From Pristiophorus japonicus (taxonomy: Eukaryota), in contig NC_091999.1 of the NCBI RefSeq assembly GCF_044704955.1, positions 23,250,001 through 23,314,000 on the forward strand: a stretch of 64,000 nucleotides of DNA. The letters are read 5' to 3'. The notes under the pieces are model-generated. The model was not told the DNA's origin, did not search any database, and saw only the letters and a list, made by a program, of their open reading frames with translations. Numbering within the stretch: the first letter of the stretch is position 1; each line of letters opens with the position of its first letter. The translations under genes and the position numbers were made by a program. Shown piece after piece: positions 11,118 through 23,200 of this stretch.

Positions 11118-12400
11118 GGGGTCGATGCAAAGCCTCCATCATTGTTCCCCATGAGTCCTCTAATTGTTTGGTGAGACGTTTATTCTCTCTGCTTAGATCT
11201 TCTTTTTAAATCTCAAGATTTCCTAATTGTTTACATTGCAGCCCCTACGTGAATTGCATTGATACTCTGCTGTTGCATTACTGCAGTTGCTGAGGCAAAT
11301 TGACTGCAAATTCACAATTTTCTGTTTCATGTCTGAATCTATTTTCTGCAATTCTTCATTCTTAGCCGAATTTTTTTTCCAGTTCTGATATTTTATCCTA
11401 TAATTCTTTCTTGACCTTTGATTGACGTCCTGCGAAGTACGAAGCTGCACAGGTGACTAGACTCATCGCCTTACCCAGCTTCCATTACTTAGCTTTAATC
11501 TGTTCATCAATTAAAGTGACCATATCCTTAAGGGATACATTCGGATTCTTCCCTAGGCAATCTAGCAACAGTGTCTGCACTTGAGTTTCGTCACATCTTT
11601 TTTCTAACTTTTTCTGATACTCTTCCAAGAGACACTCCTCCGGCATCTGAAAATTAATTATTTTTAAGTAAGCTTCATTAATGAAGATAACAGTCACTAG
11701 CAGTTGACGTAAATCAACCTTACACAAGATTTGATCGGTGATCAAATGATCTGCCTTGCATCTGCTGGTGATACACAACAAATTGTTTTCAAATAGACAG
11801 AAAATATTACAAGAGTTCCCAATTAACTTGATTATTGAGTATATTGCATTTTGTTCAATATCTCTTTGTTTTGTTCCTTCGTGGTCGCCAGATGTAGTTT
11901 TTAACCAATGAGCAGCTTTTTGCCGCTTTGCTAACTATAGCAATTCAGCTATTTCCAGGGTATATACTTAATTGAAACTGGGAGACTCTTGTTCAGATCA
12001 TACCAAATACTTTTAATACAGGTATAGTGAGTAAAAACAGTGTTTTATCAAGTAAATTACATTCTGTTACAAAAAGTAATACTTAACAAATTACAGTCAC
12101 AGTCTAATTCTCGATAGCGTCCTCTCGAGCTGACCGTGGTGCGGACTCCTTATCTCCTGTTCGCTTGATTCGCACTGCCTTCTGAGTAGAAGAGCTGTTA
12201 CTTTATAACATTTTTCTCCATTCAAAAACTGTGAAAATTTACAGCTGTTGTAGCCTTACAGTAGAGCATATTATCTACTGCCTTTGACTTTCTATGTTAT
12301 CTCTATCTCCCTCCCTCTCTGTGGCAGGAATCACTTCTCTGAGAACAATTATACAGACCACTGTCGCACAGAATTAATTACTGAGCTTGGCTTTACAAAA
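11118..12400 (-). mobile_element. 5' end of a second LTR retroelement ERV-B (LTR, tRNA-Arg PBS, gag-like N-terminus)
   Basis: The LTR ends in ...CTACA at 11893 on minus, then PBS TGGCGACCACGAAGGAAC (11873-11890). TATA-like (~12201-12209) and ATTAAA (~12012-12017) occur on minus. Coiled-coil ORF pieces at 11223-11781. The far LTR boundary is approximate. Confidence 0.65.
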
Positions 12401-12549
12401 ATATGACAAGAACTGGTACGCAATGTATACCTTTATGTTATTGATTAATAATTTTGGCCTTGATCGTTCTATTTCTAAATGAAGCTTTATCAGCAGTTAA
12501 AAAAATGATAAAATAATAATGACTCAATTTTAAAATGATGCTTTGTTCA

Positions 12550-13560
12550 TGTGTGTAAATGTGTATGTATGGTTATGTCGAAATGTTTGTTTATGTTGAG
12601 GTGTAAGTGTGTGTGAGTTTTCGTGTAACATTGTGTTCACATGTAAGTGTGTGTGTGTGTGTTTTGTGTTAGTTTGTGTTTGGATTTATAGGCATGTTCA
12701 TGCTTGTGTAAGTGTGTTGAGGTGTGTGTTTTCCTGTAAGTGTATGGTTATGTCTCAATGTTGTTCATGTTTAGGTGTAAGTCTGTGTGTGTTTGTGTGT
12801 GTATGTTTCGTGTAAGTGTGTGTTTTGATTGATGTGTGTGTATAAGTGCAATAGTGTGTTTGCATGTAAGCGTGTGTGTGTTTTGTGTAAATCTGTATTT
12901 GGATTGATGCGTTTGTTTACGAGTGTGTGTGTGTTTTATGCAAGTCTGTGTGTGGATTGACGTGTGTATTTACCTGTGTGTAAGTCTGTTTGTGTGTTTT
13001 GTGTAAGTGTGTGTGTGGATTGATGTGTGTGTTTATGTGTGTGTAAGTGTGTTTTTGCAAGTGTGTGTGTGGATAGATGTGTGTGTTTATGTGTGTGTAA
13101 GTGTGTATAAGTGTGTTTTGTGTAAGTGTGTGTGTGTGGATTGATGCGTGTGTTTATGTGTGTGTAAGTGTGTGTGTGCTTTGTGTAAATGTGTGTGTGG
13201 ATTGATGTATGTGTTGATATGTGTGTAAATGTGTGTAAGTGTGTTTTGTGTAAGTGTGTGTCTGGATTGATATGTGTGTCTATGTTTGTGTAAGTGGGTA
13301 TAAGTTTCCGTTGTGTTAGTGTACGTTTCGAATGACGTGTATTATTGTTTTGTTCAAAGTTTCAGAGAGTACCAATAACTGGATTTGACAATGATGGTTT
13401 TCATTATATTCTAGTTATGTATAATATTATGTTTCAGGTTGTTAGTATGTCTTTATATGTAAGTCTTTGTGTGTTCATGTGTAATTGTGCACTTACACAA
13501 AAACACAAACTTATACAAAATCATCAAAACACTTACATGTGAACACACACAAACTCACTT
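12550..13560. repeat. TG-rich degenerate minisatellite
   Basis: Recurring gtgtgtggattgatgtgtgtgtttatgtgtgtgtaagt units about every 55-70 bp, with a CA-rich inverted piece near 13490-13560. Confidence 0.9.
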
Positions 13561-14204
13561 TCACATGTATTCTCCTCCGCTCTGTGTAAATGTTTTCTGT
13601 GTGAGGCGCAATGTGACATCAGCCGAACGATTGCAACAATTCAACCGATGGGCTTCAGCAACATCAGGGACACAACTGTGAGAAACCCGCAGAGGATTCA
13701 GTCACCAGTTTAGACATGGCCCATTAGAATTCAACATGTTAGTTTACAATTAACAGGGACTGTTGCACCCCCAACTCTATTTAAAAATATTACGTGGAAT
13801 AAATAGTTATTTCAGAATATAATACTCATATGGCAAGTTTAAAATCTTTAGATCATGGGTTAGAATGTACGATGGCAACGTAGTGCATTTAAAAGAGGGT
13901 AGTTCACTTCCCATCTCCCTGCGGGTGCGTGTGAGAGGTACAGTGAGTTAAAATTACCCTTTACTCCCTCTCAGCTGAAGTTACCTTCAGGAATCCTGTA
14001 ATGAGAGAACTCCACCCAGTTTCTAACTCATGCTGTATCTGAGCTGGGAGCGCTGGCTGTACAAGCCTTGGGACCGAGATCCGCAAACACCCTACTTCAG
14101 ATAAAAAGCCCTCACATTGGTCAAAATACGCAACATAATTAATTGAGTGGCTGTGTGTTCAACTCACGATGGCAGAAAAGCCCTTTATTGTTTTTTATTT
14201 AAGA

Positions 14205-15466
14205 ACTGAAAGGCAATCGAGACATTCTCATCGACAAGAATGACTAAGAAAGCTATAAAGAAAGGAAAGATACATTTCAAAGGTAAACTTGCGCAAAACA
14301 TGAAAAAGGATAGTAAAAGCTTTTACTAATATGTAAAACGGATAAGAGTGACTAAAATAAATGTTGGTCCCTTAGAGATGAGAAGGGGGATTTAATAATG
14401 GGAAATGTGGAAATTGCTGAGAGCTTAAACAATTATTTTGCTTCGGTCTTCACAATGGAAGACACAAAAACCATGCCAGAAATTGCTGGTCAAAGGAATG
14501 TGGGAAGGGAGGACCTTGAGACAATCACGATCACTTGGGGGGTCGTGCTGGACAGGCTAATGGGACTCAAGGTAGAGAAGTCCCCCGGTCCTGATGAAAT
14601 GCATCCCAGGGTATTAAAAGAGATGGCGGAAGTTATAGCAGATGCATTCGTTATAATCCACCAAAACTCTCTGGACTCTGGGGAGGTACCAGCGGATTGG
14701 AAAGCAGCTAATGTAAGGCCTCTGTTTAAAAAAGAGGGCAGATAAAAGGCAGGTAACTATAGGCCGGTTAGTTTAACATCTGTAGTGGGGAAAATGCTTG
14801 AAACTATCATTAAGGAAGAAAGTGCGGAACATCTAGATTGGAATAGTGCAATCAAGCAGACGCAGCATGGATTCATGAAGGGGAAATCATGTTTAACTAA
14901 TTTACTGGAATTCTTTGAGGATATAACGAGCATGGTGGATACAGGTGTACCGATGGATGTGCTATATTTAGATTTTCAAAAGGCATTCGATTAGGTGCCA
15001 CACAAAAGGTTACTGCAGAAGATAAAGGTACGCGGAGTCAGAGGAAATGTATTAGCATGGATAGAGAATTGGCTGGCTAACAGAAAGCAGAGAGTCGCGA
15101 TAAATGGGTCCTTTTTGGGTTGGAAATCTGTGGTTAGTGGTGTGCCACAGGGATCGGTGCTGGGACTACAACTGTTTACAATATATATAGATGACCTGGA
15201 AGAGGGGACAGAGTGTAGTGTAACAAAATTTGCAGATGAAACAAAGTTTAGTGGAAAAGCGGGTTGTGCAGAGAACACAGAGAGGCTGCAAAGAGATTTA
15301 GATAGGTTAGAGAATGGGCTAAGATTTGGCAAATGGAATACAATGTCGGAAAGTGTGAGGTCATCCACCTTGAGGGAAAAAAAACAGTAAAAGGGAATAT
15401 TATTTGAATGGGGAGAAATTATAACATGCTGCGATGCAGAGGGACCTGGGGGTCCTTGTGCATGAA
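14205..15466 (+). mobile_element. CR1 LINE (subfamily 1), 5' part of a split element
   Basis: ORF2 motifs KSPGPDEMHPRVLKE, QHGFMKGKSCLTNL, GVPQGSVLG, KFADET. It stops at ...gacctgggggtccttgtgcatgaa (DLGVLVHE) and resumes at 34729. Confidence 0.95.
15451..15466. repeat. Target-site duplication GGTCCTTGTGCATGAA (also at 20210-20225 and, with 1 mismatch, 34600-34615)
   Basis: The same 16-mer occurs at three junctions of the Tx1 stack and is native CR1 sequence at this position. Confidence 0.92.
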
Positions 15467-18400
15467 ACTCTTTTAGGAGCAAACAAAAAACATTAAACCG
15501 TGCCCCCCGATCTGGGGGAAGCACCAACATTTACAAGGTTTCTTTTTGGCACAAAAACATATTTTTTCTCCAAGTGCCCCCTATAAAAAGGGAGGGGGAC
15601 ACTAAAAGCACCGGCAATTAAAACAAATTAACTTAAAAACATAAAATCAAATTAAAATTTGGTTGCCGGGCGTGATGATGCACTCCAGTCCCTCCGGTGC
15701 CCACCTCTTGCGGAAGGCCGCGAGCGTACCGGTGGACACCGCGTGCTCCATCTCCAAGGATACCCTGGAACGGATGTATACGCGGAAGAGAGGCAGGCAG
15801 TCTGGCTGAACGACCCGCTCGACCGCCCGCTGCCTGGACCGGCTGATGGCCCCCTTGGCCGTGCCCAGGAGCAGTCCTTCGAGGAGGCCCTCGGACCCAG
15901 CCGCTCCCCTCCGCACAGGGTGCCCGAAGTTCAGGAGTGTGGGACTGAAGTGCAGCCAGAATTTCAGTAGCAGCCCCATTAAATAACAAAACAGGGGCTG
16001 CAACCTCGTGCACTCAATAAAAACATGGAACACGGACTTTTCCAGACCACAGAAATTGCAGGCGGCCTGGGAGCCCGTGAACCGGCATAAAAATTTATTC
16101 AACGGCACTGCTCAGTGCACCACCCTCCAGGCCAAGTCCCCGACAAATAGTGGGAGGACCCCTGTGTAGAGTGCCCTCCATCGAGGACCCCCGCCTCCTC
16201 CGGACGGCAAGATGGTATGCCATGGCGTGTCCGGATTGCAGGCGAGGATGGCAAAGTTGAGAGTGTGCAGGAGCAGCCCGTATAGGAAAACCCTCCACGC
16301 AGAACTGAAAGGCACGGAGGGGATTTCTCCGAGTCGGCTCAAGTTGTGAGGCGCCGGCCCCCGAGGGAGGTTCCGGGGTTTGGCGCCGATGAGGAATTCC
16401 GTCCCGACGGGATCTCCCCGCGTGCTTGAGCCTCCTCAATGCACCTAATGGAGTCGGGGCCCAGAGCTGTTTTTAGCGACTCGATGGCATCGGCCGCGAG
16501 GCGGACGTTGGCGGAAATTAAGCGCCGCGCCAGCGTGTCTGGCGCCATCCAGCCCGCTCCTCCGCCATCGAGCAGGTCCCTGGCCCTGGTCACCTCACCA
16601 GCCACAGCCTTCTCGTCCGACCGCCACCTAAAACCTCGGTCGTGGAGGTACGGATTCCCGAGCAGCGGCTCCTGCAGGACAGCCGCCACTCCAGTCGGTG
16701 GAGAGCTGCGCTTGGTGGAGACTTTGTTCCAGACCCTGGTGAGTTCCTTGTAAAAGACAGGCAGCTCCTGAAAGGCGGTCCTGACGCCCCCCACACTCAC
16801 AAACAGGAGCTGCGTGTCGTAGTTGAGGCCGGGCTGCAGGCGGAAGAAGTACATCGCCAGAGCATGCCACCTAGGAGGGGGTTCGACGTAAAGGTATCTC
16901 TGCAGGGTCTGAAGACGGAAAGTCACGAGCTGGGTGCTGACGCACATCAACGACTGACCGCCCTCCCCAAGCGGGAGACTCAAGACCGTGGCAGAGATCC
17001 AGTGCTTCCTGTTGTTCCAGAAGAAGTCCACCAGCTTCTTCTGTATCTTGGTTAAAAACGCAGGGGGAGGGGTCAAAGTGACCAGCCGGTACCACAACAT
17101 TGCGGCCACCAGCTGGTTTATGACTAGCGCTCGACCCCTGTAGGACAGCATTCGGAGCAGTCCTGTCCAGCGCCCTAGGCGAGCGGCGACCTTGGCCTCC
17201 AGCTCGTGCCAGTTCGCCGGCCAGGGTTCGTCGTCGGGGCTAAGGTAGACTCCCAGATTGAGGAGATGGGTCGTGCTACAGGCAAAAGGCCTGAGCTCCT
17301 CCGGCAGGGACTCCACCCGCCACTGACCCACCAGGAGTCCGGAACATTTCTCCCAGTTGATCCTGGCGGAGGATGCGGCCGAGTAAATCACCTGGCACTC
17401 ACGCATCCTCCGCAGGTCAGTGGGATCCTCTACCGCGAGGAGCACGTCATAGGCGTAAGACGAGAGGACGACCTCCACGCCCGGCCCTTGCAGAGCCAGT
17501 CGCGTCAACCTCGTCCGCAGGAGGCGCAGGAAGGGCTCCACGCAACCAGCATATAACTGGCCGGACATGGGACATCCCTGGCGCAGCCCTCTCCCAAAGC
17601 GAAGGGGCGCTGTCAAGGACCCGTTAACCGTAATCTGACACTCCGCGGTGGCGTACAAACGTCGGATCCGGGATACGAAATGCGTCCCAAACCCGAAAGC
17701 GCGCAGAGTTCCGAACAGATAGTCGTGATCCACCCTGTCGAACGCCTTCTCTTGGTCGAGGGATAGGAAGGCGACCGAAAGACCAGCCTCCTGGGAATAA
17801 TGGATGAGGTCCCGGACCAGATGGATGTTATCGTGGATTGTCCGGTCCGGGACCGTGTAGGACTGGTCGGGGTGGATCATGTGGTCCAGCACGGCACCAA
17901 GGCGAGCAGACATCGCCCTGGCTAAGATTTTGTAGTCCGTGCTGAGGAGGGAGACCGGGCGCCAGTTCTTAAGGAGGCGGAGATCGCCCTTCTTTGGCAG
18001 CAGGACGATGACTGCCCTGCGCCAAGAGAGGGGTATCTCCCCGGTCACCAGACTTTCCCACAGGACCCACGCCTAGTCGCCCCCCAGGACTTCCCAGAAT
18101 GCCCTGTGGAACTCCACGGTCAGCCCGTCCAGCCCTGGGGCTTTTCCCCTCGAGAGCCGGTCGAGGGCGCCGGTCAGCTCTGCAAGGCTAAGCGGAGCTT
18201 CCAGATTATCGGCGCCCTCCGGGCTGACCTTCGGCAGGTCCTCCCACAACACTCTACGCGCTTCCTCGCTGGACGACTCCGGAGAGAACAGGGCCCCGTA
18301 ATATTCACGGGCCCTGTTGTTGACGCCCTCCGGATCCGAGACTAGAGAACCGTCGTCGGCCAGCAGTGTCAAGAGCTGCTTATGGACACTCTGTCTTTTT

Positions 18401-20209
18401 TCCAGCGAGTAGAAGAAGGAGGAGCCGTGGTCCAGATCCCGCAGGAACCGGATCCGCGACCTCACGAACGCGCCTCGGGCCCCGGCGAGCTGTAGGTCTT
18501 TCAGCGTGGCCTTATTCGCTTCGTACACCGTCCGCAGGGCCGGGTCCCCGATGACTTCACCGAGATGGGATTCCAGGTCGAGCACCTCTTTTTCTAGGCG
18601 CCCGACCCTTGCCGCCCGCCTCTTGGTCGACCCCCTCGCGTACTCTTGACAGAAGACGTGGACGTGAGCCTTGCCAACATCCCACCATAGCCTCAAGGAG
18701 GGGAAGCCCCCTGCTTCCTTCTCCAGTCGGCCCAGAAATGACGGAACGAGTCCTGGAACCGTACATCTTCCAGCAGCCGGTTGTTAAAATGCCAGTACGT
18801 GGACCCCGTCCTCGTGCGGAGCGAAGCGAGCTCCGCTCACACCAGGTGGTGGTCCGAACACGGCAACGGTCGCATGGAGGCCGCCGGGACGCAGGAAACG
18901 TACGCCCGAGACACGTAAAGGTGGTCGACTCTGGACCATCCTACTCCAGGCCTCACCCAAGTAAAGGCGCTGGAGTCGGGGTGGAGATTTCGCCAGACGT
19001 CCACCAAGTCGAAGGACCCGATCAGGTCCCTAAACTTCTCCATCGCCGTCATGCTCTGCGGGGCACCGGAGCGGTCCCTCGCCTCGAGGGTGCAGTTAAA
19101 ATCCCCCCCGAGGACAATGCAGTCGCCGACGTCGACGGAGCCAAGAAGAGCGGACACCTCTTCGAAGAAGTGCGTTTGCTGCGGGCCGGGCTGAGGGGCA
19201 TACACGTTCACGAGATGGAGCGGCACGTCCCCCAGGCGAACCGTTACGTGAAGCAAGCGGCCTGGCACAGGCTCCTCGACCCCCAAGATCTCCGGCTGAA
19301 AATGCGGGGCCAGCATGATGGCCACCCCACTAGAAGTGGCGGTGAAGTGGCTCATGCGGACCTCTCCTTGCCATTCCAGGCGCCACGTGGCTTCATCTCC
19401 CGGAACGGTGTGGGTTTCTTGCAGGAAGCACGCCGCATATTTCCCCTCCCGAAGGAGCGAAAAATTCTTAAATCTACGGCGTGCCCCTCTGCCGCCGTTG
19501 ATGTTGAGGCTGGCTATGGTTATCTTCATGACTAGAGCATAGTGCAACCTCTACCTAACCTATTGTGATGGGGGGAGTGGAGTCGCTTGTTGACCTCCAC
19601 TCTTTCAGCAGCCCAGCGAGGAACTTTTTGAGCCGATGCAGCTCAAGGCCTTGCGCCTTTGATAAGGGCCCGCCCGCAGCCATGGTTTTAGCGGCGGCGT
19701 GGATGGAAGCGACGAGCAACACCGGCTCAGATCATCTTTCCAGGGCCAGACGGGCTTGGTCGCAGCGACCCCGGCACTGGACCAAAAAGGCCCCCACACA
19801 CACTTCCACACACACACACACACCCCGCGATGTTCCGGCCCTCGAAAAATCTTCTTTCCTCCCCCCACCGATACACAATGTCTTTCGGGGAAATGCACCA
19901 ACACCCACCTGTAGAATGGTAGAGTCTCCCTCCTTCCACACTGGATGTTGTTGTTGGTCTCTCTCTCCTTCCACACTGGATGTTGTTTTTGGTCTTTCCC
20001 CCTCTCTCCAACTCTTTGTAGAAATTGTAAAGTTGTTCAAGTTTTCTGCTTTCCTCCTCTCCCTCTGGGTGAATGTTGGTGGTGACGCCCCTTCCTTCCT
20101 TCTCTTCCTGGGCTGATTCATAGGCCCAGCCAGGAGCTACAACAGGAGCTGCTCTCCTCACTGCTCACTCAGCCAACTGAGCAGGACACGCCTCCAAAGC
20201 TCCACGATT
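15467..20209 (-). mobile_element. Tx1-clade non-LTR retrotransposon, copy A (most of ORF1 deleted)
   Basis: ORF2 has APE (SLNING, LQETH, GGDFN, SDH; 18837-19547), RT (16339-18048) and C-terminal CNFCGLEKSVFHVFIEC. The 5' UTR is joined to the ORF1 tail at ~19785. 3' end AAAAGAGT. Confidence 0.93.
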
Positions 20210-20225
20210 GGTCCTTGTGCATGAA

Positions 20226-23200
20226 ACTCTTTTTGGAGTTTATCTGCAAAACAAAAAACATTAAACCGTGCCACCCGACCTGGATGACACACCAGACATT
20301 TATAAGGCCCTCTTTTTTTTCTTTTTTTGGTTTTTTTTTGGGCACTAAATCACTTTTTTTTTCCAGTGCCCCCTATAAAAGGGGAGGGGGACAATAAAAG
20401 CACCAGCAGTTAAAACGAATTAAACTTTAAAACGTAAAATCAAATTAAAATTTGGTTGCCGGGCGTGATGATGCACTCCAGTCCCTCCGTTGCCCACCTA
20501 TCACGGAAGGCCGCGAGCGTTCCGGCGGACACCGCGTCCTCCATCTCCAAGGACACGCTGGACCGGATGTAAGAGCGGAAGAGAGGCAGGCAGTCAGGTT
20601 GAACGACCCCCTCGACCGCCCGCTGCCTGGACTGGCTGATGGCACCCTTGGCCGTGCCCAGGAGCAGTCCTACGAGGAGGCCCTCGGACCTACCCGCTCC
20701 CCTTCGCACAGGGTGCCCAAAGATCAGGAGAGTGGGACTGAAGTGCAGCCAGAATTTCAGGAGCAGCCCCTTCAGATAATGGAACAGGGGCTGCAACCTT
20801 GTGCACTCAATAAAAACATGGAACACGGACTCCTCCAGACCACAGAAATTGCAGGCGGCCTGGGAGTCCGTGAACCGGCTTAAAAATTTATTGCACGGCA
20901 CTGCTCCGTGCACCACCCTCTAGGCCAAGTCCCCGACAAATAGTGGGAGGACCCCTGCGTAGAGCGCCCTCCATCGGTGATCCTCGCCTCCTCCGGACGG
21001 CAAGATGGTATGCCATGGCGTGTCCGGACGGCCGGCGAGGATGGCAAAGTTGAGAGTGTGCAGGAGCAGCCCGTACAGGAAACCCCTCCGCGCGGAACTG
21101 AAAGGCACGGAGGGGATTTCCTCGAGGCGGCTCAAGTTTTGAGGCGCCGGCCCCCGATGGAGATTCCGGGGTTTGGCGCTGATGAGGAATCCCGTCCGGA
21201 CGGGGGTCAGTTCGGACGGGATCTCCCCACGTGATTGAGCCTCCTCGATGCACCTAACGGAGGCGGGGCCCAGAGCTCTTTTCAGCGACTCGATGGCATC
21301 GGCCGCGTGGCGGACGTTGACAGAATTTAGGCGCCGCGCCAGCGTGTCTGGCACCATCCAGCCCGCTCCTCCACCATCGAGCAGGTCACTGACGCTGGTC
21401 CCCTCACCAGCCACAGCCCTCTCGTCCGACCGCCACAACAAACCTCGGTCGTGGAGGTACGGATTCCCGAGCAGCGGCTCCTGCAGGACAGCCGCCAATC
21501 CAGCCGGTGGAGAGCTGCGCTTGGTGGAGACTTTATTCCAGAACATGATGAGTTCCTTGTAAAAGACAGGCAGCTCCCGGAGGGCGGTCCTGGCGCCCCC
21601 CACACTCACAAACAGAAGCTGCGTGTCGTAGTGGAGGCCATGCTGCTGGCGGAAGAAATACATCGCCAGAGCACACCACCGAGGAGGGGGCTCAACGTAA
21701 AGGTATCTCTGCAGTGTCTGAAGTCGGAAAGTCGCGAGCTGGGCGCTGACGCACACCAACGACTGACCGCCCTCGCCAAGCGGGAGGCTCAAGACCGCGG
21801 CAGAGACCCAGTGCTTCCTGTTGTTCCAGAAGAAGTCCACCAGCTTCTTCTGTATCTTGGCGACAAACGCAGGGGGAGGGGTCAAAGTGACCAGCCGGTA
21901 CCACAACATGGCGGCCACCAGCTGGTTTATGACTAGCGCTCGACCCCTGTAGGACAGCACTCGGAGCAGTCCTGTCCAGCGCCCTAGGCGAGCGGCGACC
22001 TTGGCCTCCAGCTCCTGCCAGTTCGCCGGCCAGGCTTCCTCTTCGGGGCTAAGGTAGACTCCCAGATAGAGGAGATGGGTCGTGCTCCAGGCAAAAGGCC
22101 TGAGCTCCTCGGGCAGGGAATCCACCCGCCACTGACCCACCAGGAATCCGGAACATTTCTCCCAGTTGATTCTGGCGGAGGATGCGGCCGAGTAAATCTC
22201 CTGGCACTCACGCACCCTCCGCAGGTCAGCGGGATCCTCAACTGCGAGGAGCACGTCATCGGCGTAAGCCGAGAGGACGACCTCCACGCCCGGCCCTTGC
22301 AGAGCCAGTCCCGTCAACCACGTCCGCAGGAGGCGCAGGAAAGGCTCCATGCAGACGGCATATAACTGGCCGGACATGGGGCATCCCTGGCGCACCCCTC
22401 TCCCAAAACGAAGGGGCGCCATCAAGGACCTGTTAACGTTAATCAGACACTCCGCAGCGGCGTACAGAAGTCGGATCCGCACGACGAAATGCGTCCCGAA
22501 CCCAAAAGCGCGCAGAGTTCCGAGCAGATAGTCGTGATCCACCCTGTCGAACGCCTTCTCTTGGTCGAGGGATAGGAAGGCGACCGAAAGACCAGCCTCC
22601 TGGGAATGATGGATGAGGTCCCGGACCAGATGGATGTTGTCGTAGATTGTCCGGCCCGGGACCGTGTAGGACTGGTCGGGGTGGATCATGTGGTCCAGCA
22701 CGGCACCAAGGCAAGCAGACATCGCCCTGGCGATGATTTTGTAGTCCGTGCTGAGGAGGGAGACCGGGCGCCAGTTCTTAAGAAGGCGGAGATCGCCCTT
22801 CTTAGGCAGCAGGACGATGACTGCCCTGCGCCAAGAGAGGGGCATCTCCCCGGTCGCCAGACTTTCCCCCAGGACCCGCGAGTAGTCGCCCCCCGGGACG
22901 TCCCAGAACGCCCTGTGGAACTCCACGGTCATCCCGTCCACCCCGGGGATTTTCCCCTCGAGAGCCGGTCGAGGGCGCCGGTCAGCTCCGCCAGGCTTAG
23001 CGGAGCTTCCAGATTTTCGTTGCCCTCCGGGCTGACCTTCGGCAGGTCCTCCCACAAAACGCTACGCGCTTCCTCGCTGGACGGCGCCGGAGAGAACAGA
23101 GCCCCGTAATATTCACGGGCCCTGTTGTTGACGCCCTCCGGATCCGAGAGAGAGCCGTCGTCGGCCAGCAGCGTCAACAGCTGCTTACGGACACTCTGTC

